DNA of 62,921 nucleotides, filler included, from Reclinomonas americana ATCC 50394 (Eukaryota): NCBI GenBank assembly GCA_048213135.1. It is 5 parts of 4 records of this genome, joined end to end, with 100 filler letters (N's around TTAATTAATTAA, not from the genome) between each part and the next. Parts side by side here need not be neighbours in the genome. Positions count along the whole stretch, not along the records: positions 26,804 to 57,860 come from PS015048.1; positions 57,961 to 61,452 come from PS015049.1; positions 61,553 to 62,921 come from PS015051.1; 2 more parts are not named here. One strand, 5' to 3'. Shown piece by piece: positions 52,716 to 62,921 of this stretch (position 1 is its first letter; each line of letters starts with the position of its first letter). The notes under the pieces were generated by a model. It saw only the letters and a program-made list of their open reading frames with translations, ran no database searches and was not told where the DNA came from. The position numbers and the translations under genes were made by a program.

Positions 52716-55506
52716 AACCTTCGTCTTCTGGATCTTGGCGCCACCACGCTTGCTTGCGCTTGTTGGCCAAGTACTCTTGTCGCTGCGTCTCCAGTGCGTC
52801 CTCATCGCCGCCCTCTTGTAATGACCACTTGAGCATCGACGGGGCCTGGCGTGTGCGTTGGTCGTTCGTGTTATGTGTCAACACTTTTTTGTCCCGAATT
52901 CATTCACTGCTTTTTTCCGATCGCGACGTCGAACCACGTTGTTGCCAGTACTGCAGGCCGCGTGAGAAGAGATCGGATTGAGGCGGCGGAGCGGACACGC
53001 GATCGAGATCGGTGTAGGTTGACGAGTCGATGGGCGGACCACCACCACCACCTCGACTGCTGCCGCGACTGCCGCGTGGACGGCCGCGTGGTCGGCCACG
53101 GGCACGACCGCTGCCTCCTCTAGCACCTGTGCCGGCTTCCATTGCCTGCTGTGGTGGTGGTGGTGGAGCATAGCTCCAGTCTGCATCGCCGCGACCGCGA
53201 CCACGACCACGACCGCGACCGCGGCCACGCCCTCGTCCTCGCCCACCGCGACCACGCCTTGCATCGCCGTATCCGCTGCCGTACTCGTCCTCGTCGCCGT
53301 CGACCGAGTCTGCCGCCCACTGACTGACCTCCTTTCGTGGCGGGAACGTGTACGGTATCCGCTGGGCGGCGTCGAGGCCACCCCATTCTGCCGGCACGTA
53401 ATCGAGCAGGTCGCTGCGTAGCGAACCGAGAGCAGTGTACTGTTCGCTGAGTGCCGGCACCGCGTCGTCCTCGCTGGCGGCAAGGACTTCGAAATCCGGC
53501 GCATTCGCCACATGCCGCACCAGCAGCGCATTGCCAATGTCGGTGCGCTGACTGATGTTGGCGTTGTGGAGCACTCGTTGGAGATACTTGAACTGCTGCG
53601 CAAACCTGCATCGCGAGAGTGAGAAGGGGCAGACAAAAAACGTAAGGAGCAACGCAACGTGTCATCCGCCACGGCGGGTGGCTCGCTCAATGTCTGCGTG
53701 CGCACAATGGTGCCGTCGACTGGATCCACGTGCACTGTGGTTGGCGTGGAACGTGAGCAAGCGACTCGCGCATCGTGCATGCTCTCCTGGCGACACACGC
53801 ACACACCGATAAAGAGTCGCGAATGGGGTCTCAGCTGGAAATGCAGCCACCAGCGGAAGCGCTCCTCGAACGACACTTGCTCATCCAGTGGCCGACAGTA
53901 CTCCACTTTGACATCGACATGCACTGGCATAACAGACTGCGCGTGTTGTTTTTCGAGTGAGCGGAAGTTAAAATGAAACAGCCCGTATACACACTCTCTC
54001 ACACACACACACCTCGCCCGTCTTGTCGTGACAAAGGACTTTGTCGCGCACAATCAGCCGATGATCGCCAAACTCGAGCAAACAGTACGACACGCCACAC
54101 TCGATTGCCGCAGGCTCCTCTTCCCCGGCGTGCGCCCGCACGACCTCGTCCATCGACACTCGCGCCACATCACCATCTCCCGAGGCTTGCGATCGAGCAG
54201 CCTCCAAGTCGACAGCGTCCTCGCCGGTCACACAACAACAGCGCCTTACTACGTGCCGAAACACAAGTTCGTGACGCTCGCGACCAGTCATTCCACGCGG
54301 CAACCAGGCCGACTCAAAGACCAGCAGTCGCTTGCCTGCACCGCGCAAGAGTAAGCGTCCTGCACTTCACCGACTGCATACCCCATTCTCTGCATCGCTA
54401 CCTCCATCACCGGGAAGCACATGCAACGGCGTGCACCACTCGTGTCGCATGGCTGAAGGACCCGGATTGCACATGACAGCATGCAGGGCCGACGACGTGA
54501 ACATGGCAGTGGCACGATGGGTGGCCGCCAAGTGCAAGGCATGCGGATCGGAGTGCAGCGGCACCAACGACTTCCACTGCACGCAACAGTCATGAGCTCC
54601 AAAGCACGTACTGCAAGCAGAGCCAACAACACACGCACTCTTTGCAGCACCGTGTCAGGCGAAGCGGAAAACAACGAAAACAGCTTGAGTGGCGCAAACG
54701 GCCGAGTTCTTCCCTGCGCGCAGACAACGGTGAGAGTGCCGATCATTGACTCGCACGGAGACCGCTCACATCACGTCACGCAACCGCAGTGGCTATCTGG
54801 TGATGACCAAAGTGATGGGGATCGGCCTCCGATGGGAGCGCGTTGCGCACGACCCAGCGATCGACGACCGCTCGCCGTCCGAGCCACTCACTCTGCTGCA
54901 GCTTGGCTTGCTTGCGTGAAACAATCGCCTGCATGCAACAGCAACAGTGAGACGCAGCGCAGTGCAGAGCCAGGCCGTCGACCTCACGATCACCTGCAAC
55001 ATCGGCACAATCTCGTCGGCCATGTGCAGGTACACGTCGCGGTTCTCCTCCTCCACGACACGCTGCTGCTCCAGCATGTACAAGTGTCGCTCCGCAGCGA
55101 GTTGCTGCCGCGCCACTCTTATCCAATGCCGTTCCTCGGGCGACAACTGCGACCCCGCACACGAATCAGCACTGTGACACACACGCAGTTCGCGGTACAC
55201 GCATACACACGCACCCCTTGGCCCTGCGACTCCTTCCGTTCCAACGCCATGAACACCTGGTGATCCGCCGCGGTGAACGCCGACACGGGTGGCTCGAGTC
55301 CGCGTCGAGGCAGCGGCTGCTGCGGCAGTGGAGGTAGCGACTGCGCAGGTGCTGCAGGTGACGGTGTCGGTGTCGACGCCGGAGCAGCTGCGGTGGCGGC
55401 ACTCTGCCGCCCTTCTTCGTCGTCCGGCTGCTCATCGTCACCATCCGCGACTGCCGACATGCACTCGGTGCTGTGCATTTCGTACTGCGATTGTGTGACG
55501 AATGGT
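52716..55506 (-). CDS. ICE2: ICE2/NARG2 (little elongation complex subunit 2)-like protein with NARG2_C region and RG/RGG tail; both ends in gaps
   Basis: SDPHALHLA..FTSSALHAVMCNPGP..EWCTPLHV; LVFESAWLPRGMTGRER; VSYCLLEFGDHRLIVR; PVHVDVKVEY..EERFRWW..LRPHSRLFIVHVDPVDG; RIPYTFPP; (GR)n tract. The exons join in frame via GT-AG introns. Confidence 0.75.
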
Positions 55507-56218
55507 NNNNNNNNNNNNNNNNNNNNNNNNNNNNNNNNNNNNNNNNNNNNNNNNNNNNNNNNNNNNNNNNNNNNNNNNNNNNNNNNNNNNNNNNNNNNNN
55601 NNNNNNNNNNNNNNNNNNNNNNNNNNNNNNNNNNNNNNNNNNNNNNNNNNNNNNNNNNNNNNNNNNNNNNNNNNNNNNNNNNNNNNNNNNNNNNNNNNNN
55701 NNNNNNNNNNNNNNNNNNNNNNNNNNNNNNNNNNNNNNNNNNNNNNNNNNNNNNNNNNNNNNNNNNNNNNNNNNNNNNNNNNNNNNNNNNNNNNNNNNNN
55801 NNNNNNNNNNNNNNNNNNNNNNNNNNNNNNNNNNNNNNNNNNNNNNNNNNNNNNNNNNNNNNNNNNNNNNNNNNNNNNNNNNNNNNNNNNNNNNNNNNNN
55901 NNNNNNNNNNNNNNNNNNNNNNNNNNNNNNNNNNNNNNNNNNNNNNNNNNNNNNNNNNNNNNNNNNNNNNNNNNNNNNNNNNNNNNNNNNNNNNNNNNNN
56001 NNNNNNNNNNNNNNNNNNNNNNNNNNNNNNNNNNNNNNNNNNNNNNNNNNNNNNNNNNNNNNNNNNNNNNNNNNNNNNNNNNNNNNNNNNNNNNNNNNNN
56101 NNNNNNNNNNNNNNNNNNNNNNNNNNNNNNNNNNNNNNNNNNNNNNNNNNNNNNNNNNNNNNNNNNNNNNNNNNNNNNNNNNNNNNNNNNNNNNNNNNNN
56201 NNNNNNCACACACGCACC

Positions 56219-57860
56219 CATCTTGTGCAAGAGGTCGGTCATGACCTCAAACGTGTGCTGTACAATAGTGCTGAAGAACGAGGCGAAGAACTGATTGGCG
56301 AATTCGGTTCGCGAGATCTTTGCCAGCATCTCGTTCAGCGTGCTGTGGCCGATCTTGTAGATGCTGTACTCGTGGTGCTTCATGGCCCAGAGGAGCGAGT
56401 CGATGACGAGCTTGAAGGAGTCTAGTGGTATTTCGAAAAAGGCCTGCGGTGCAGTGCGTGAGCGAAGAGGGAGAGGCAGGGGGAAGGAGAAGGAGAGAGA
56501 AAAAGGAGATAAGAGGTGAGAGAGAGAGAGAGTGCGCTGAGTCTTTTGTCGCACTTCTCGTTTGTGTACTTAAGAGAGAGAGAGGCATGGGGAAGGAGAA
56601 GGAACAAGAAGAAAAAGAAGAAAAAGAAGAGAGAAAAGAAGGAGATACAGGGGAGAGAGCGCGCGCTGAGTCTTTTGTCGCACTTCTTGAGAGACACAGA
56701 GAGAGAGAAAGGACACTGCCGAGAGTTGTCTGTTCACGGNNNNNNNNNNNNNNNNNNNNNNNNNNNNNNNNNNNNNNNNNNNNNNNNNNNNNNNNNNNNN
56801 NNNNNNNNNNNNNNNNNNNNNNNNNNNNNNNNNNNNNNNNNNNNNNNNNNNNNNNNNNNNNNNNNNNNNNNNNNNNNNNNNNNNNNNNNNNNNNNNNNNN
56901 NNNNNNNNNNNNNNNNNNNNNNNNNNNNNNNNNNNNNNNNNNNNNNNNNNNNNNNNNNNNNNNNNNNNNNNNNNNNNNNNNNNNNNNNNNNNNNNNNNNN
57001 NNNNNNNNNNNNNNNNNNNNNNNNNNNNNNNNNNNNNNNNNNNNNNNNNNNNNNNNNNNNNNNNNNNNNNNNNNNNNNNNNNNNNNNNNNNNNNNNNNNN
57101 NNNNNNNNNNNNNNNNNNNNNNNNNNNNNNNNNNNNNNNNNNNNNNNNNNNNNNNNNNNNNNNNNNNNNNNNNNNNNNNNNNNNNNNNNNNNNNNNNNNN
57201 NNNNNNNNNNNNNNNNNNNNNNNNNNNNNNNNNNNNNNNNNNNNNNNNNNNNNNNNNNNNNNNNNNNNNNNNNNNNNNNNNNNNNNNNNNNNNNNNNNNN
57301 NNNNNNNNNNNNNNNNNNNNNNNNNNNNNNNNNNNNNNNNNNNNNNNNNNNNNNNNNNNNNNNNNNNNNNNNNNNNNNNNNNNNNNNNNNNNNNNNNNNN
57401 NNNNNNNNNNNNNNNNNNNNNNNNNNNNNNNNNNNNNNNNNNNNNNNNNNNNNNNCCAAACCTCAAAACAGTTCTTGTTGATGGAGTCTAGTAGCCTGAA
57501 GAAGCACACACGGTGGCTCTGGTAGTCCTGCAAGTTGAGCGTGATCATCTGCAGTGTTGGCTCGAACACGTGCGCCAGGATGTCGGGAATCTGGCTCGAA
57601 ATCACCGACTGTCGCCCCGATATCGATGAGTACACGCACGAAAGCACCACATTCCACACGAGCACACGCCATACCTTGAAACGCTTGACCACGACACCAA
57701 CCAGATTGAGCACCACTTCGTCTCGCGCATCCGGCACCGATGTGCTGTAATCGTCCAGCACGGAGCGCAAGAGGTGTGGCACCAGGTGTTCCGTTGCCGT
57801 CTTCATGTCACGAGGGGTCATTGCACCAAAGTACGTCTCCACCAGCTTCACGATCTCGCG
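56219..57860 (-). CDS. XPO1: Exportin-1/CRM1 C-terminal fragment
   Basis: VLDDYSTSVPDARD.VLNL, VFEPTLQMITLNLQDYQSHRVCFFRLL, FKLVIDSLLWAMKH, ANQFFASF, VMTDLLHKMG. Confidence 0.88.
56470..56690. repeat. Imperfect ~110-130-bp tandem duplication inside an exportin intron
   Basis: GCGCTGAGTCTTTTGTCGCACTTCT at 56534 and 56663; GAGAGGCA(G/T)GGGGAAGGAGAAGGA at ~56471 and ~56580. Confidence 0.75.
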
Positions 57861-57960
57861 NNNNNNNNNNNNNNNNNNNNNNNNNNNNNNNNNNNNNNNN
57901 NNNNTTAATTAATTAANNNNNNNNNNNNNNNNNNNNNNNNNNNNNNNNNNNNNNNNNNNN
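57861..57960. other. Artificial scaffold linker
   Basis: N44-TTAATTAATTAA-N44. Confidence 0.97.
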
Positions 57961-58338
57961 ATCGTGGAATTGTCATAATCGCGCTGCTTGTGTGAGCGGT
58001 CACCGCGCTGCACAACACACACAGTTTGATACGCACGCGCACACGCACTGTGTTTTCCGTTGTGCTGCTCAGTGCGCTCTCTGTGCTTTGCGCGCGCGTG
58101 TGTGTGTGTGTGTTTTTGTGTGTTTGTGTGTGGGTTTCTCTTGAGAGGGCCATTTCACCGCCTCTCGCGCACCACTTTGTTCTTTGCTCTTTCCTCTCTC
58201 CCGTCGCACGCCTTTTTCTTGCGTGCATACACGCGCACACACCGACCGACTGTGCCTGCGTGTGTGTGTGAGTGAGTGAGCGCGAGCTTGTTTCTTCGAT
58301 TTCCCTCCGAGTGAGTGAGAGTCGCTCTGTCGCCTCTC

Positions 58339-59698
58339 ATGGACACGGCAAGCAACGGAATGCTTGCTGCAGCGCACTTGGAAGACGACCACCGAGGTTT
58401 GCACTCCTTCTTCCTCCCACCAACACTCCATTCGCGTGTCCCATCTCTCACGGGCTCTCTCACTCACATAATAGAGCTGGCAGCCTCGATTGCCGACGTG
58501 CGACGCGCGCTTGCCGAGCGCCAGCGCGACGCCGAGTACGCCTCCTCGCACGCATATCAACCACCAGCAGCATCACCAGTACCGCTTCCGCAGTCGGCGT
58601 CGGCGGGCCATGTCGTGGATGATGAGGCCCGCGAACGCGCGCGTTTGGAGCGCCTCAAGTCCATGCTCTCCGACCGACGCGCCACTGCACTGCTGGCGTT
58701 CTCGGCTGGAGATGCGGCCTCGCGTGCCGAGGGCATTCGCGCCTTGTTGGCCGAGCGGAGAGTTTTGTGCTTCCTCCGTTGTTTTGTTTGTTGCTCCCCG
58801 CCTTTCGTCTCACTCCTTGGTTTGTTTGTTTTTGTGTGTAGACGGACGCCTCGCAGACGCAACCGCAGCTGGTGGCGCCGCTTGATGGGCTGCACTCGAC
58901 GTCGTCCACTCGATCGGCGACACCGCCCGCGTCGTTCGATGGCGGTGCCGTTGGCGGCGGTGACTTGTCGCATCGCTCGGCCTCGACTGGCCGCAGCAGC
59001 GGTGGTGGACCGGCGGCGCACGATCGGCTAATCAACTTTGGCTTGAATGTGCGGAAGAAGCAGGAGGAGCGGCGGCGGCAGGCGGTGGAGGAGCAAATGA
59101 CCACGTACCGTCCGGAGATCACCAAGCCGGCGCAGGCCATTCGCCGCGACGCGCCGGTGGAGGATGTGCTGCTGAAGCGGCACGACGAGTACAAGGCGCA
59201 CATTGAGGAGCTGCGACAGAAGCGCGAGGCCGAGGAGATGCAGGCGCTGCGGTCGCCGCGCATCAACAAGTCGTCGAAGAAGATGCAGCGCGCGGAGCCG
59301 GCGCACGATCGGCTGTACGAGTCGCGCAAGTTTGCCAATGCGCGCCGTGAGGTGCTGAAGCAGAAGCTGCGCGAGCGCGAGGAGGAGTCGTTCAAGGGCC
59401 AACCGGAGATCAACCCGGTGTCGCAGCGGCTCGACCGCAGCGTCGACTCGTTCTTCCGGTGGGAGGAGGAGAAGCGCAAGAAGCAGCAGCAACTCAAGGA
59501 GCAAGTGGAGCACGAGCGCACCAAGGAGGTGCGCCCGTCGCCGCGCATCAACCAGCGCAGCGCCGAGATTGTACGGCAAATGGGCCGCTCGGGTCCAGTC
59601 GAGGAGCACCTGCTGACGCAACAAAAGATCAAGCAGGAGAAGCGGCAAGTGGAATTGCGCTCGCAGTCGCCCGACAGTTGCGTCGCATACACACACAC
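58339..59698 (+). CDS. Charged coiled-coil protein with PxINxxS-type repeats (likely cytoskeletal), 5' part
   Basis: Repeats TYRPEITKPA, SPRINKSS, QPEINPVS, SPRINQRS and AHDRLYE; strong GC3 codon bias; one intron ~58760-58840. Confidence 0.7.
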
Positions 59699-60335
59699 NN
59701 NNNNNNNNNNNNNNNNNNNNNNNNNNNNNNNNNNNNNNNNNNNNNNNNNNNNNNNNNNNNNNNNNNNNNNNNNNNNNNNNNNNNNNNNNNNNNNNNNNNN
59801 NNNNNNNNNNNNNNNNNNNNNNNNNNNNNNNNNNNNNNNNNNNNNNNNNNNNNNNNNNNNNNNNNNNNNNNNNNNNNNNNNNNNNNNNNNNNNNNNNNNN
59901 NNNNNNNNNNNNNNNNNNNNNNNNNNNNNNNNNNNNNNNNNNNNNNNNNNNNNNNNNNNNNNNNNNNNNNNNNNNNNNNNNNNNNNNNNNNNNNNNNNNN
60001 NNNNNNNNNNNNNNNNNNNNNNNNNNNNNNNNNNNNNNNNNNNNNNNNNNNNNNNNNNNNNNNNNNNNNNNNNNNNNNNNNNNNNNNNNNNNNNNNNNNN
60101 NNNNNNNNNNNNNNNNNNNNNNNNNNNNNNNNNNNNNNNNNNNNNNNNNNNNNNNNNNNNNNNNNNNNNNNNNNNNNNNNNNNNNNNNNNNNNNNNNNNN
60201 NNNNNNNNNNNNNNNNNNNNNNNNNNNNNNNNNNNNNNNNNNNNNNNNNNNNNNNNNNNNNNNNNNNNNNNNNNNNNNNNNNNNNNNNNNNNNNNNNNNN
60301 NNNNNNNNNNNNNNNNNNNNCCACTGGTCGCAGTT

Positions 60336-61452
60336 GCGGCAGGAGAGCTGGACGTGCCGCGCCAAGAACGACTTCACTCCCGGACTGCGATCGGGAGCTG
60401 TGTCGCAGAGTCGTGAGCTGCGCAACTACACCTTCCTGTACGTGTCGTTTGAGCTGGTGGTGGCCGGCGAGCGACGCGACTGGTGGATCAGTCGCGACTA
60501 CGCCATCAAGCGTGTGCTTGACAAGTGCCCGAGTCCCGTCGGAGCCGTGGGTGCTGTGTCGCCGCTGCTTGCCGCGGTCGGTGCATCTGGATCATCGTCG
60601 CCGTCGTCACTCGCAACATCGTCATCGGTGTTGTCGTCAGCAGCCGGCGGCAATGTGTCGCCCCTGCTGCGCGCATCGTTGCCGGGCGCCAAGGCAGCGG
60701 CCATTGCGGGCACCGCCGCCACTGGCGCCAGCGGCTACTCGCACAAGCCACATGTGGTGAATTTGACGTGGGAGCACGACAAGTACAAGTGGGCGATTCC
60801 GGCGCGCACCGTCTTCTCCAACTGGGAAAAGTCGCCGGCCGTGTGGGCCGACATTCGCTGGAGTGCAGATCTGTGCGTCGATCACATGCGCTTGCGACTG
60901 CTGGACCACAACAGTGGCGAGAAGACCATGTTTTGCGGTGCGTGTGGCGAGCAGCTGCAGGGAATGAGTGAGTGAGTGAGTGAGTGCTGACTGTGCGTCA
61001 TTGCAGCTTCCATTATTCCGCTGAAGAGGAAGCAGCGAAATGTGGAGTTCCGCTCCGAGTTCATGCACGCGGTGGTGTCGGAGCGTCCGTCGTTGCGAGT
61101 GTGGTTCCGTGCGCAGAACGCACGACCAAATGCCCGTGTGCTGGCCATTGAGTTGCTTCACGGTGCGTGACGCAAGAGAGTGGGGGGCGGCGGTTGTGGT
61201 GTGGAAGCCAGTGTGTGTGACGTGAAAAAATGCAGGTGGCGATGTGGTGGCCGTCGAGAATGTGGAGGTCGATGTGCGCGGCAAGCCCACCGGTCCCGCC
61301 ACTTGCAGCCAGTCGTCGTCGTCGTCGTGCGCGCAGCCGGCCTCCCCCGAATCGGTCGCCTGCTCGTCACCGCCTCCCGAGTCGGACGTTTCTGCGCCGC
61401 CGTCACCGCAACAGCACGGATCACCACCCAGCAGCAAGCGGTCGACGACTCG
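60336..61452 (+). CDS. Hypothetical protein fragment (beta-rich, Trp-rich); may continue the preceding gene
   Basis: ORF 60334-60975 spliced via G|GTGCGT..TTGCAG and G|GTGCGT..TGCAG to downstream exons; no family recognised. Confidence 0.55.
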
Positions 61453-61552
61453 NNNNNNNNNNNNNNNNNNNNNNNNNNNNNNNNNNNNNNNNNNNNTTAA
61501 TTAATTAANNNNNNNNNNNNNNNNNNNNNNNNNNNNNNNNNNNNNNNNNNNN
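61453..61552. other. Artificial scaffold linker
   Basis: N44-TTAATTAATTAA-N44. Confidence 0.97.
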
Positions 61553-61597
<45 letters not shown>

Positions 61598-62261
61598 AGG
61601 GAGAGAGAGCAGCGGTGGCCACATGCAGGCCAACACTCGACAATCTTCATCTTCTTCGACTTGGCACCGACAGGAACGCATAAGAAGCGCTCACGTCGAC
61701 ACAGAAAAGAGGAAGTGCATACAACTGCAAAGCCTAGAACAGCACAATGAGTGCACGAAGAGGAGAGGAGGTGCAAACAGACGTTTTCCCGACAATCATC
61801 CTCATCATCAATCACTCGGCACAGCCTTGGGAGAATGCAGTTGTGAATGTCGCAGCAGGCACACAGAGAGCACGCACAGAGGCATGACCCCATGAAGGCC
61901 CAAAGAGAGAGAGAGAGAGAGCAGGCGGAGAAGGGAGATTGCATGAGCGTTTGAAAAGAAAGAGATGCAACAGCAGGAGGAACGACATGCATGCAGCCAC
62001 AGATGAGAGAATGCAGATGTAGAGGTCGCAGCAGGCACACACCGTGCACAAAGGCATGATCACATGAAGGGCACATAGACGCACAAGCGCAGAGAATGGC
62101 GAGATAGAGGGACCGGAGTGACGCAGTGAATGGGTGAGTGAGAGAGTGAGTGTGTGAGTGTGTGTGTGTGTCAGTGAGAGAGGGAGGGAGAGAGAGAGAG
62201 AGAGAGAGAGAGCGAATGAGCGTGTGAAAGAAAGATGTGATGGGGGAGTGCATGCACACAC

Positions 62262-62428
62262 GACTCAACGATTCGTAACGCGTATCCCAGTACGATTTCT
62301 CCTGCGAACATAGCACACACACATGAGTGAGAGAGAGAGAGAGGAAGAGAGGGAAAGAGGGAAAGTGAATGCAAGCACTCATTCTCTCGCTCTCTCTGCT
62401 TCTCCACAATCACAGACACGCTCTCTCT

Positions 62429-62472
<44 letters not shown>

Positions 62473-62606
62473 TCTCTCTCTCTTTCTTTCGTTCTTCCTT
62501 TCTCTTTCTCTCTCTCTCTCACACACACACATGAGTGAGGGAGACACTGTGAAGAGTGGTGTGAGTGAGAGACCTTGTACTGCTCGTTGCTCTCACGACG
62601 CGACAT
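62262..62606 (-). CDS. First two exons of an EEF1AKMT4/METTL13-like SAM methyltransferase
   Basis: MSRRESNEQYK|EKSYWDTRYE matches the N-terminal YxxxxYWDxRY motif of this family; the rest is not identifiable in the window. Confidence 0.55.
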
Positions 62607-62773
62607 GAGTGACTTTGCGGATTTTCATGCACGAAATATCAGTGAGTGTGTGCGAGGGAGGGAGAGTGTGAATGGCCTCACGTGGAAGAGGCCGCGGTCG
62701 TTGCGTTTCTCTCATATACACAAGAGAGAGAAAGAGAAAGAGAGAGAGTGAAAGAGTGTGCATGTGTCGTGAG

Positions 62774-62776
<3 letters not shown>

Positions 62777-62839
<63 letters not shown>

Positions 62840-62840
62840 A

Positions 62841-62877
<37 letters not shown>
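62777..62877. repeat. Compound (GT)n-(GA)n microsatellite; similar tracts at 36274-36346, 61553-61608 and 62432-62530
   Basis: Direct inspection. Confidence 0.95.
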
Positions 62878-62879
<2 letters not shown>

Positions 62880-62921
62880 GTGGTGACTGCAAAGCCGCCC
62901 AAGTTGTTCATTCAGTCATCC

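Noticed and set aside
53973-54354. Plus-strand ORF / small divergent gene
   Set aside because: It is the antisense shadow of an ICE2-like exon on the minus strand, which carries the conserved motifs.

Overview
Eukaryotic (protist-like), GC-rich, intron-dense nuclear DNA with short (~55-130 nt) GT-AG introns and many (CT)n/(GT)n/(CAG)n microsatellites. It is not one locus: five scaffolds are concatenated with artificial N44-TTAATTAATTAA-N44 linkers (11001, 26748, 57905, 61497), and there are many internal N gaps. Manual splicing supports an intron-containing tRNA-Tyr, a CCP5/AGBL5 pseudogene, a 4x-repeat unknown protein, a multi-ParB/Srx-like repeat protein, a polyQ protein, a WD40 protein, an atypical Arf-like GTPase, SNF1/AMPK-alpha, LRR-PP2C, two LRR fragments, GspF/PilC, GH30, an NDUFA9-family SDR, a MAPK, a PNK-like/HAD-like/SWIM protein, a DarT-like ART-fold protein, a CaMKK/SnAK kinase, ICE2/NARG2, an exportin-1 fragment, a coiled-coil repeat protein and a methyltransferase 5' end. 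Highlights: (1) an intron-containing type II secretion platform gene (GspF), the hallmark of the rare mitochondrial T2SS-derived system; (2) a major second class of 5' splice site, [A/C/T]|GTTGCG (about 30 introns by manual count, never after exon-terminal G), which looks like a +1-shifted register of the local G|GTGCG donor; (3) intron-rich eukaryotic genes carrying prokaryotic-type folds (DarT-like ADP-ribosyltransferase, tandem ParB/Srx-like domains, PNK/HAD+SWIM). All family calls come from motif recognition by eye, not from database searches.
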